Assembly: GCF_006345805.1 (NCBI RefSeq)
Contig: NC_043009.1
Location: forward strand, 682,001-746,000
Source of the DNA: Octopus sinensis
Taxonomy: Eukaryota
DNA length: 64,000 nt
Direction of reading: 5' to 3'
In this document: one piece after another, positions 27,034 through 39,290 of the stretch
Layout: each line of letters opens with the position of its first letter
How positions within the stretch are numbered: position 1 is the stretch's first letter
The notes under the pieces: generated by a model
Told to the model about the DNA's origin: nothing
Seen by the model: only the letters and a program-made list of their open reading frames with translations
Databases searched by the model: none
Made by a program: the position numbers and the translations under genes

Positions 27034-28302
27034 ATGTATTCTGATTTTTTTGTGTCTTTGAATTTTATTTAAGCTCTCAAGAGAGTTCAAGTCGGTCGCT
27101 AACAAAACAGCAAGACATTTTGAGTTGAGTTCCCGATGTATGTATGTATGTATGTATGTATGTATGTATGTATGTATGTATGTATGTTTGTATGTATGTA
27201 TGTATGTATGTTTGTATGTATATGTATGTATGTTTGTATGTATGTATGTTTGTATATATGTATGTATGTACGTATGCATGTATGTATGCTTGTATATGTA
27301 TCATGTGTCGTGTATATATTTGCGTGTGTGCATATATATGTACGTATGAATGATACATGCACGTAGCTAGACGTGTGTGTAAAAGTTGGAAGGATTAACA
27401 ACTAGGGGCTGTTAAGGATACAGAGAACAATGAAGGAAAAGAAAGAAATAAAGAAAGAAAGAAAGAAAGAAAGAAAGTAAGAAAGAAAGAGGAAAGAAAG
27501 AAAGAAAGAAAGAAAGTAAGAAAGAAAGGAGGAAAGAAAGAAAGAAAGAAATCTAGAGGGGGAAACAGATGTGTATAAAGTGTTGTTGATGGGGTATGAG
27601 GAAACTTTTCAAAGAGCGAACAGTTGTGAAGGAGGTGAAACGTTGCTGTTCCAGTTTCCTAACCGCATAAAACTTCAACTTTTGCTCATTCATTACTGCT
27701 TTGTTGCCTCACTGGTGGGAGAAATGGTATTCAGTGGTGATGTGGTGATGGTGGCAGTGGTAGTGATAATGGTGGTGGAGGTGGTGGTGGTGGTGTTTTG
27801 GTAGTTGTTGAGTGTTTTGATGGTGGTGGTGGTGGTGGGTGGTGGTGGTGGTGGTGGTGGTGGTGGTGGAGGTGGTGTGTTTTGATGGTGCTTGAGTGTT
27901 TTTATGGTGGCGGTGGTGGTGGTGGCGGCGGCAGCGGTAGTGGTGGTGATGGTGTTGGTGGTGGTGGTGGTAGTGAGGATAATGGTGGTGGTGGTTGGTG
28001 GTGGTGGTGGTGTATCAGGATGTGTGAAAGGGTGCAGCTAAGCAGTTACTGCTGCTAGATAATTACCACTGCTAAGAGGATTAAAGTAACAGTCACGAAT
28101 GACTTAAGATGTTCTCGGCCGGCGGTGGTTCATGTTGTTCTCATTACACACACACGCAGACACACACACACACACACACACAATCATACACAATCATACA
28201 CATCACACACCCATACATATACACTTATATTCATACGTACATGTACGCATACGCATACACATATACTCGAACACGCACATACTCTAATAAGCACATGTCA
28301 AA

Positions 28303-28333
<31 letters not shown>

Positions 28334-28357
28334 CACACACATGTATGTATGTATGTG

Positions 28358-28398
<41 letters not shown>

Positions 28399-28533
28399 TA
28401 TATATATACATATATATATACATACATGTGTGTGTATCTATATCTATCTATATATATGTATATATATGTATATATATATATTATATTATATACAACACAT
28501 GTATATGCTTTGTATACATACACGCACACACAT

Positions 28534-28590
<57 letters not shown>

Positions 28591-28621
28591 TAGATAGATA
28601 GATAGATAGATAGTAGTAGAT

Positions 28622-28669
<48 letters not shown>

Positions 28670-29789
28670 TGCATTCTTTCATATATGCACAGATAGTTAA
28701 AGAAATATACTCACGTATATATACATACACAGACGCAGGCAGAGGAATGTATGTGTGTGCGCGTATATCAGACAAGGAATGCTGCTCAAAGAGCTGCCTT
28801 CCAAGTCTTCATGTATGTAAACTTGGTCAAGGGATGCATTTCGACACTTGGAAGTTAAAAGATGTTGCCGAAGGGATATGATACGACATTCAAAAGCACC
28901 TTGGATCAATGTTAAGTCTCTGCCGCCTTGTTTTCGTTTCAGGTAGAGACGTTCTACGTCACTGTTTATGTGGAAATTATATGTGCTTGTATTTTCCGGG
29001 TTTTCACATCAATGGCTCGGATCTCATCAAGCGTTCAATCAAGCAACCCAAATGTATGTATATATTGTATGTATGTATGTATGTATGTATGTATGTATGT
29101 ATGTATGTATGTATGTATGTATGCATGTATGTATGTATGCTTTTATGTATATATATGTATGTATGTATGTATGTGTGTATATATGTATGTATGTATGCAT
29201 GTATGTATGTATGTATGCATGTATGTATGTATGTATGTATGTATGCATGCACGTGTATGTATGTATGTATGTATGTATGTATGTATGTATGTATGTATGT
29301 ATGTATGTATGTATGCATGCATTATGTATGTATGTATGTATGTATATGTGTATGTATGTATGTGACTTTGTATAAGTGTGTGTCCCTTCCACCGCTTCAC
29401 GATTGGTGTTGGTTTGTTTATGTTCCTCTAACGTAGTGGTCCGGCAAAAGAGACTTTAAAAAGAATAAGTACTGGGATGGATCTGTTCGACGAAACCCTT
29501 CAAACTCTTCGATAAAACATGCCTCAATAAAACATATCAACCAGTGGTTCCCAAAATTTTTCGGGATATCACCCCACTTGGCACTCGGGCCACATTCCTA
29601 GCGTACCCCCCCCACACACACAAACACACACACACATACACACACACCACCAGATACGTAAACCACTTTCTGCAGCAACTTCGAAGCAAATGGATTTCAC
29701 AAATGAAACTTAACCTAATTACCCCATTATTTTGTCGTTTATACATCCATTGCCCCAAACCCTTTGGCCACAGCTTTGCTTTCAACGAA

Positions 29790-29960
29790 TATTTTCTCGT
29801 GTATAAATCTCACTCGTAAATAAATCGCACCTCTAATTTAGTATTAAATCTTGGTACAACATTTTCCCCCTCATAGTTTTAGTTTTTCCTAGTGTATAAG
29901 TCGCACTCAGTTAAAGTCAAGCACAAAATAATACAACTTATACACGAGTAAACGCGGTAA
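29790..29960. mobile_element. Possible pogo/Tigger-like MITE end
   Basis: cttatacacgagtaaacgcggta resembles a TACCG...TATAAG terminal repeat followed by TA. Only one end is recognisable. Confidence 0.35.
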
Positions 29961-31092
29961 ATTAAGTAATATTTTACAAAAGGACGAATAGCACTGTGTA
30001 ACACGACTTTTGTCCTTGGGTAGCAACTGTTATCTCTTATTTGCTTTGACCCTAGAAAGTATGAAAAACGGCTAATATTTCTTTCAAATTTTGCTTTTGT
30101 TACATGTATTCAATTCCCAAAGAATCTCTCTCAACACATGGTTATGATGCTCCCCCACTACTCCTGCTCATGATCAGAGATGCACATATTATCAACCACT
30201 AAGGACATACTCAAGTGGTTATGGTCAAGCAACTGACAAGCAAATATTTGGCATCGGGTAGAATATTTGCTATAACGATATTTCTGCTTCAGCAACTCAA
30301 CACTGAATCTGTCTGAAATGTAATGGAAAATGAGTCAGTTTCAAAATATTGATGTCCAGGTCACAAAAGCAAAGTTTGAAGGGAATAGTAGTCATTTCCT
30401 TTGATTTCTAGATAGAAGCAAATAGGAAATAACACTTACTGATCAAAGAAAAATAACTAAAGTGTTGCTACGCAGTTTAATACAGCATCAACAAACGATT
30501 TGTTACAAAACCCAATCGCCATTTTGATTCATCCGTCATACGACATATCAAGAAGACAACGTATCTCTTTAGAAAGCTGTAGTCGCAGTGGTTCAATGCA
30601 AACAACAAAGAACAATCGTCTGTTTACTCTCCAGGTGTCTAATCTCTACCAGTGACACTGTCCAGCTGACTATAACGTTATGTAATTCTATCTCCTCATG
30701 ACTGAGATTCAAATAGTTTACTTTCTTGCTTAGAATGTCGAAAACAAACGATCAACGAGAAAGCTGTTAGCTGCCACTCTGTACGATAACGATTTGTCTT
30801 GTCTCATTTTTATTAACTGCTTTTCTTAAATTTCATATATCTTGTCTGCTTTATCTATTGTATTAAAAACACTTTATCTTGCCAAATAGACTTTTAGAAT
30901 GTGAGAATAAAAGGATTCTCTACCTTTTTTTTTTATTATTCTATGTCTTTTTATTGGTTTTCACGTTCATTCACCTAATTTCTTCCTCCTTATCTGTCTT
31001 TCACTATGCTCTCATCTCAAACATGTTTTAACACTGCTTATCAATTTGTCTGTCTAGCTGTCTGTCTTTCAACCTGTTTGTCTATCTCTTCA

Positions 31093-31164
<72 letters not shown>

Positions 31165-31314
31165 AAGTATCGTCGTAAACACGATTAGACTCATTTATTA
31201 TTAAATACGATAAATAATATGAGCTATTTACATATTTTGGGACTATTGAAACAAATTTGTCGTTATAATTCGGTGTTTATTATGAAATAAAGTTCATCAT
31301 AATATTTCTCCATC

Positions 31315-31350
<36 letters not shown>

Positions 31351-32414
31351 ATGGTTTCTTTCAATTTCCGTCTATTAAATCCACTCACAATGCTTTGGGC
31401 GACCCGGCGCTATTGTAAAAGACATTTGTCCAATGTATCATGCAGTAGGACTGAACCCGAAACCGCGTGATTGCAAAGCAAGCTTCTTAAACAGAACGCC
31501 ATGCCAGTGCCTACATGTACATACACAGAGCAAAAAAGGGATCCGTGGAAACTGGTGGTGTTTTGTACAAGTAAAATTATATGATAATTTTTGTCATTTA
31601 AAGTAGAAATACATGTATACCAATGACAGTGTGTGTGCGTAAATGTATGTACATTTGGATATAATTATTTCTATGTGAATGGATGTATGTATCTGTATAT
31701 GGGCGCAGGCGAATAAATCGATTCCTGTGTGGCAGGCATCATTTAACGACTGATTAAACGAGTATGATGGATACCAGGACAACTGAAATTAAATTTTACG
31801 AGGAGAGTGGCAGACAAGTTGGTATCACGCTGGAAGAATATGGAGACCACCAGACCTTTGAAAAAATGCATTTACAGACAATAGAGATAACGAATATTTC
31901 TGTTCTACATCCTGATATATCAGAGTGTTAATCTATCTTCATATAAAAAAAGAAACATGTTTACGATAGAATACAAAAGACGTCATTTTAGATTTGATTT
32001 ACATTTATACTTTTAACTTTTAATTTCATTAACTTGGTCTATTTGTTTTGTAATTTATATTTTTTAATCTTCTATTGCAATAGCATTATTTATAAATTTT
32101 ATGACTTATGTCTATTTAAATTTATAAGTTACTCAATGCAGAGAGAATGCTAAAAATACAATGCGGCGAAAACGATGAAAAACTGAGCGTGATCCAGCAG
32201 AGCTAACAAAACCACTCACCTGATGATGGGCCAGGACATATCTGCTGCTGGATCATCTTTAATTATTTATTTAATATTTTATATAATAGTATTTGGGGTA
32301 AACTCAGCTACTAACAGTTCATACCGTCACACAGAAACAATTGTGATTTGTGATTAAAGCCGGTTCATTCCCTTTTTTTTTTTAATTGATATATGTATAC
32401 ATATATATATATAA

Positions 32415-32592
32415 GCGTGGCTGTGTGGTAAGGAGCTTGCTTCCCAACCACATTGTTCTTGGTTCAGTCCCACTGCAAAGCATGTTGGGCAAATGCCTTC
32501 TACTATAACCCTGGGCTGACCAAAACCTTGAGAGTGAATTTGATAGATGGAAACTGAAAGAAGCCCGTCGTATATATATATATATATATATA
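32415..32592 (+). mobile_element. SINE family B, 5' half (split by the 357-bp array)
   Basis: gcgtggctgtgtggtaagg..gaaactgaaagaagcccgtcg followed by (TA)n. Confidence 0.85.
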
Positions 32593-32764
32593 TAACAAAA
32601 GAGACATTAGCCATTTGAATGTGGCTAGGGACAGGGCAGGGCGGTGGGGGTGTTACTGATGCATTTAGCCTCAGGCGATCATCAACGTCACCGGATAGGC
32701 TTGACACCATCACGGTGTCCTCTATCCTGCAAAGGGAGATCATTCCCCGAAGAAGCGGATGCCA

Positions 32765-32809
32765 CATACGGACCCAGGTTTCAAGGTGTTTGCCTCTCGT
32801 CAACGTATG
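32765..32809 (-). ncRNA. Type I hammerhead fold, unit 1 (also 33122-33166, 33480-33524, 33835-33879, 34193-34237)
   Basis: Minus strand reads catacg TTGACGA gagg-caaaca-cctt GAA Acc-tg-gGT C cgtatg. Confidence 0.75.
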
Positions 32810-34304
32810 GTAGACACCGCCCCTCGACGAACGACTCTCTGTGCAGGATATTTATATATAGATTTTCACGTAAATACATTTACTGATTTCGAAAATCTGT
32901 TCGACAGCAATAATATTCTCTAAACGAGATATAGACAGTAACTGCTCCATAACAAAAGGGACATTAGCCATTTGAATGTGGCTAGGGACAGGGCAGGCGG
33001 TGGGGGTGTTACTGATGCATTTAGCCAGGCGATCATCAACGTCACCAGATAGGCTTGACACCACCATCACGGTGTCCTCTATCCTGCAAAGGGAGATCAT
33101 TCCCCGAAGAAGCGGATGCCACATACGGACCCAGGTTTCAAGGTGTTTGCCTCTCGTCAACGTATGGTAGACACCCCCCCTCGACGAACGACTCTCTGTG
33201 CAGGATATTTATATATAGATTTTCACGTAAATACATTTACTGATTTCGAAAATCTGTTCGACAGCAATAATAATTCTCTAAACGAGATATAGACAGTAAC
33301 TGCTCCATAACAAAAGGGTCATTAGCCATTTGAATGTGGCTAGGGACAGGGCAGGGCGGTGGGGGTGTTACTGATGCATTTAGCCCCAGGCGATCATCAA
33401 CGTCACCAGATAGGCTTGACACCATCACGGTGTCCTCTATCCTGCAAAGGGAGATCATTCCCCGAAGAAGCGGATGCCACATACGGACCCAGGTTTCAAG
33501 GTGTTTGCCTCTCGTCAACGTATGGTAGACACCGCCCCTCGACGAACGACTCTCTGTGCAGGATATTTATATATAGATTTTCACGTAAATACATTTACTG
33601 ATTTCGAAAATCTATTCGACAGCAATAATAATTCTCTAAACGAGATATAGACAGTAACTGCTCCATAACAAAAGGGACATTAGCCATTTGAATGTGGCTA
33701 GGGACAGGGCAGGGCGGTGGGGGTGTTACTGATGCATTTAGCCAGGCGATCATCAACGTCACCAGATAGGCTTGACACCATCACGTGTCCTCTATCCTGC
33801 AAAGGGAGATCATTCCCCGAAGAAGCGGATGCCACATACGGACCCAGGTTTCAAGGTGTTTGCCTCTCGTCAACGTATGGTAGACACCGCCCCTCGACGA
33901 ACGACTCTCTGTGCAGGATATTTATATATAGATTTTCACGTAAATACATTTACTGATTTCGAAAATCTGTTCGACAGCAATAATAATTCTCTAAACGAGA
34001 TATAGACAGTAACTGCTCCATAACAAAAGGGACATTAGCCATTTGAATGTGGCTAGGGACAGGGCAGGGCGGTGGGGGTGTTACTGATGCATTTAGCCCC
34101 AGGCGATCATCAACGTCACCAGATAGGCTTGACACCATCACGGTGTCCTCTATCCTGCAAAGGGAGATCATTCCCCGAAGAAGCGGATGCCACATACGGA
34201 CCCAGGTTTCAAGGTGTTTGCCTCTCGTCAACGTATGGTAGGCACCGCCCCCTCGACGAACGACATCCTGCACAGAGAGTCGTTCGTCGAGGGGCGGTCC
34301 CTAC

Positions 34305-34349
34305 CATACGTTGACGAGAGGCAAACACCTTGAAACCTGGGTCCGTATG
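34305..34349 (+). ncRNA. Type I hammerhead fold in the inverted terminal copy
   Basis: Plus strand reads catacgTTGACGAgaggcaaacaccttGAAAcctggGTCcgtatg. Predicted cleavage is after C34343. Confidence 0.75.
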
Positions 34350-34565
34350 TGGCATCCGCTTCTTCGGGGAATGATCTCCCTTTGCAGGATAAAGGACACC
34401 GTGATGGTGTCAAGCCTATCTGGTGACGTTGATGATCGCCTGGGGCTAAATGCATCAGTAACACCCCCACCGCCCTGCCCTGTCCCTAGCCACATTCAAA
34501 TGGTTAATGTCCCTTTTGTTATGGAGCAGTTACTGTCTATATGTCGTTTAGAGAATTATTATTGC

Positions 34566-34601
<36 letters not shown>

Positions 34602-34669
34602 ATATATATTATATATATATATATGCATATGTACATATGTGTAGGGGTATGTGCGTGTGTTTGTGTGTC

Positions 34670-34885
34670 ATTAGTGTCTGTGTTTGTCCTCCCACAGCTT
34701 GACAATCGGTATTGGTGTGTCTACGTCCCCGTAACTTAGCGGTTCGACAAAACAGAAAGATAGAATAAATACCAGGCTTGAGAAAAAAGATAAGTACCCG
34801 TGTTCGATTCCTTCGACTAAAAATTTTTAAAGGCGCTGCCCCAGCATGGCTGTAATCTAATGAATGAAACGAGTAAAAGATAAAA
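34670..34885 (+). mobile_element. SINE family B, 3' half
   Basis: tgtgtttgtcc..cttgacaa..cgtccccgtaacttagcggttcg..ccagcatggc. Completes the copy begun at 32415. Confidence 0.8.
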
Positions 34886-35139
34886 GGGTAAAATGTGTGT
34901 TTGTGTGTGTGCGCGTGCGCGCGTGTGTGCGCGTGCGTGTGCGTGTGTGTGTATGTATTGTTGGATGGCCTTTGACTGTTCAGGACTTCATCCGCTCTTT
35001 GAAAGGTCTTATTTTTCATCCCGCGGGGTGTCCAACAACACCCTCCTCACCAAGCAAGCCTGATGGGGTCGCCAGTTTAGTCGCCGACGACCCGACCATG
35101 TGACAGGTTGTACCGAATTATATGTTACCAGTAGCACTC

Positions 35140-35650
35140 AAGAGAGATTGACATGCGATGAAAGCATTTTAGGTGGATTTGTTCTAACAGTTCAAAATGC
35201 TTTTCATAACAAGTCTAAGTTTCCTAGGAAGAGCCAGTTTTGTATTCTTATTTATATATCGCCGGCACCAAACGCGTGACGCCACCAAATGCTTTTGCTG
35301 CCCTTTGAATTCGCAACTGTATTTCTGTCTCAAGATTTTCATCATTTTGAATAGAGCATCCAAGGTAGACGAACGAATCGACAATCTCAAGTAACTTTCC
35401 CTTAACAAAAGTTTTAGGTGGGTTACTAACAGCACCACACGCAGGTTGATGCATAACAACTGGGTTTTTTTTTTGTTCAAGTTGATGGTCAAGCCAAAAT
35501 CATCACAAGCTGAGTCAGATGCAGATACAAGAGATTACAGACCTGTTTCAGAATGAATGACAAGATCGCAATCGTCAGCGTATAAAAGTTCCCTAATGAG
35601 GGAAGTAAAAACCATCTTTTTGAATTTCAGTCTGGTCAGATTAATAACAT
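35140..35650 (-). pseudogene. RTE-clade LINE RT fragment
   Basis: ORF pieces GLTINLNKKKT, VDSFVYLGCSI..LETEIQLRIQRAAKAFG, and an upstream ADDCDLV-like motif. Confidence 0.75.
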
Positions 35651-35804
35651 TCCCTGTTTAACGAATATATTTATAGTTCAAATTTACAACAACAAAAAGA
35701 CGGAGACAGGTGAAAGAACGACAATCAGGTGTGTTAGTTTAACGTTAGAAAAGAATGAAAAAGTCTATGACGTTTTTAGCCTACGCTCTTCGACAGAATA
35801 AGCC

Positions 35805-35905
35805 TAGTACTTATTCTATCGGTCTCTTTTGCCGAACCGCTAAGTTACGGGGACGTAAACGCAGCAGTATTGGTTGTGAAGCGATGTTGGTGGCGGGACA
35901 AACAA

Positions 35906-35962
<57 letters not shown>

Positions 35963-36105
35963 CATATATACGACAGGCTTCTTTCAGTTTCCGTCTACAA
36001 AATCCACTCACAAGGCTTTGGTCGGCCCGAGGCTATAGTAGAAGACACTTGCCCAAGGTGCCACGCATTGGGACTGAACCCGGAACCATGTAGTTCGTAA
36101 GCAAG
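35805..36105 (-). mobile_element. SINE family B
   Basis: Same blocks as 4335-4742. Confidence 0.85.
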
Positions 36106-36191
36106 TTAGTCTCTTTCACTCATCTCACACACACCAACACACACATATAATATATATATATATATTATATATATATATATATAATATATAT

Positions 36192-36235
<44 letters not shown>

Positions 36236-36239
36236 GTTT

Positions 36240-36854
36240 TAAATATTTGTTGTGCAAGATTTTTTTGTGAAGTCGTGTTGGAAACAGATATTGTTATATT
36301 TCGGAATGATCATATTGCCAGTTTAGCCAATAAAAACACACACTCACTATATATGTGGTGTTATTGGCTTCAGTGATATTTATTTTTTACATTAATCTTA
36401 ATCTTATTTCGGCCAAAGTTCTTTCGTCACACTCCTGTGACTGCATCAGTGGTCCTTTGTTTTCTTCTCACTTACTTGTGTCTCTCCTTACTAACGTCAG
36501 CCATTTTGTATTTCTATTGTATGTCTTCATTTGCGCATGCTTATATCTCTATGTGCGTCTATGTTTATTTAGTGTGTGTGTGGGGGGGATGCCTGTAATA
36601 TTTGTATCTTCTGGTTATATACATTCTTGTAATTTGTATTTTGTTTTTGTTGTTGTTGCCTTTGTTCTAATTTTGTTCATGTGTTTACATCCACCCATTA
36701 TTATCATTACATATGCTTGTATGTATGTATAACAACAATATTAGTAATAATATTAGTAATCATAATAATAAATCTAATTGAAAAAAAAAAAAAAATATAT
36801 ATAATATATAATATATATCATATATATATTATATATATACATATACATAATCAT

Positions 36855-36885
<31 letters not shown>

Positions 36886-39290
36886 GTATATATACATATA
36901 CATATATATATATATCACATATAAACACACACCTAACACACATACATACACATATACATATATAGTTATTCATTTCTATTTCTTTATTATCTGTGTGGAG
37001 GCGCAATGGCCAGTGGTTAGGGCAGCGGACTCGCAGTCATAGGATCGCGGTTTCGATTCCAGACCGGGCGTTGTGAGTGTTTATTGAGCGAAAACACCTA
37101 AAGCTCCACGAGGCTCCGGCAGGGGAGGTGGTGATCCCTGCTGTACTCTTTCACCCACAACTTTCTCTCACTCTTACTTCCTGTTTCTGTTGTGTACCTG
37201 TATTTCAAAGGGCCGGCCTTGTCACTCTCTGTGTCACGCTGAACATCCCCGAGAACTACGTTAAGGGTACACGTGTCTGTGGAGTGCTCAGCCACTTACA
37301 CGTTAATTTCACGAGCAGGCTGTTCCGTTGATTCGGATCAACCGGAACCCTCGTCGTCGTAACCGACGGAGTGCTTCCACAATTATCTGTGTATTTATTA
37401 TGTTTGCAGGATCCACTATCGTCATATGTTGTGGTGTGCGCTATTGCTCCATTCTAGTTTTCTATTCAGGCTAGGTTTATTTTCTATTATATGTGTAGCT
37501 TCTGTAATTTGTCTAATTGTTGCATCTGTTCTATGTGTGGACAATATCTTAATCTCTATGTTATTGATTGATCCCCCGTGTTCTTGTTCAGCGTGTTGGT
37601 ACAGAATCGATGAGCTTTTACCTTCCTTGAGTTGTCTCCAATGTTCATTCACCCCGCTCCCAATGCTTCTTGCTGTTTCCCTACGTATGTTACTGTCTTG
37701 TTACTGCATCGTCCCTCTATACATCTTATACTATAGACCACATTTCTGGCTTTACAGTTTGTTTGTGGGCTAAATCTGCATACAGTGCAATAGTTATCCG
37801 TACAGAGAGTTCTACTATAAGGATAGCTTCTACCAATTATAGATCTGATAGGGTTGCCTGGCTTTTCAACAACCTTAATTCTTAGTTTAAGTTTATCTAG
37901 GGTCCTTCTAAAGCGGTACGCCAGTTCACCTCCAGGGGTGGTGTCAACGAACATGACACTCTGGTATTTATGGCTATCATACCAAGAGTTGGCCTTCCCT
38001 ATTTTCTTTTTTGTCCTTTCTATAGTGTTCCATGACTTGTTCCATAGAGTGGGCAAATCCCATTTCTATCATTACATAAATATATATCAAATTTCTTCAT
38101 GGCTCCTTTGTATACTCTGACCTTTCTTTATGGCTGTAACCTGAGAACTGCATGCGGTGAATGAAATACTGTATGTGTCCTTTTAATTCTGTAGGCTCGC
38201 ACATGCGTGACACATTTCTCATTATTCTGACGAGGTCTGCCATCAAAATATTGAACTTGGCATTGCCCGCAATGGCTGAGTATAAGATTTATAGAGGGAC
38301 GATGCAGTAACAAGACAGTAACATACGTAGGGGAAACAGCAAGAAGCATTGGTGAGCGGGTGAATGAACATTGGAGACAACTCAAGGAAGGTAAAAGCTC
38401 ATCGATTCTGTCCAACACGCGCTGAACAAGAACACGGGGGATCAATCAATAACATAGAGATTAGATATTGTCCACACATAGAACAGATGCAACAATTAGA
38501 CAAATTACAGAAGCTACACTATAATAGAAAAATAAACCTAGCCTGAATAGAAAACTAGAATGGAGCAATAGCGCACACCACAACATATGACGATAGTGGA
38601 TCCTGCAAACATATAAATACACAGATAATTAAAGAAATAGAAATGAATAACTATATATATGTATATGTGTATGTATGTGTGTATATGTGTGTGTATATGT
38701 GTATATTATATATATGTATATGTATATATATGTGTATATATATATAATATATATGTATGTATGTATATGTATATATATATATATGTTATATATTATATAT
38801 ATATATTTTTTTTTTTTTTTCAATTAGATTTATTATTATTACTAATATTGTTGTTATACATACAAGCATATGTAATGATAATAATGGGTGGATGTCACCA
38901 CATGACAAAATTAGAACAAAAGCAACAACAACAAAAACAAAATACAAATTACAAGAATGTATATACCGAGAGATACAAATATTACAGGCATCCCCCTCAC
39001 ACACAACACTAAATAAACATAACCACATAGAGATATAAGCATGCGCAAATGAAGACATACAATAGAAATACAAAATGGCTGACGGTTAGTAAGGAGAGAC
39101 ACAAGTAATTGAGAAGAAACAAAGGACCACTGATGCAGTCACAGGAGTGTGACGAAAGAACTTTTGGCCGAAATAAGATTAAGATTAATGTAAAAAATAA
39201 ATATCACTGAAGCAAAATAACACCAAATATATAGTGCGTGTGTTTTTTATTGGCTAAACTGGCAAATGACCATTCCGAAATAATAACAAT
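36240..39290. mobile_element. Penelope-like element insertion with a large inverted duplication (GIY-YIG end, 3' UTR, HHR-bearing terminal repeat)
   Basis: Minus ORFs 37649-38056 (CTVC..CKARNVVYSIRC..TYVG) and 37422-37652 (EH..SSILYQH..ITEA..PSLN). Arms ~36295-37745 and ~38270-39290 are reverse complements. HHR folds lie at 36411-36455 (-) and 39124-39169 (+). Confidence 0.85.
36996..37380 (+). mobile_element. SINE family C (tail type 3) with target-site duplication
   Basis: attatctgtgt occurs on both sides (~36987 and ~37382). The inverted arm at ~38610-38635 retains the empty site. Confidence 0.9.

Larger units (their letters stand above)
32593..34566 (-). mobile_element. Tandem array of ~357-bp hammerhead-bearing units plus an inverted terminal copy (retrozyme-like)
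   Basis: Units start at 32593, 32950, 33308, 33666 and 34021 (the last is partial, to 34264). An inverted ~300-bp copy spans 34265-34566. Units are near-identical and non-coding. Confidence 0.85.

Noticed and set aside
32190-32255. Hammerhead-like CTGATGA inside a gatccagcag/ctgctggatc hairpin
   Set aside because: The GAAA half-core is missing (ggac instead). At best it is a dead remnant.
32593-34566. CRISPR array, snRNA/snoRNA cluster or coding repeat
   Set aside because: Units are nearly identical with no unique spacers and no cas genes. The TTGATGATCG box-C-like word lacks the other U3 boxes, and I saw no convincing match to U1-U6, 5S or 7SL. The small ORFs vary by frameshift between units.
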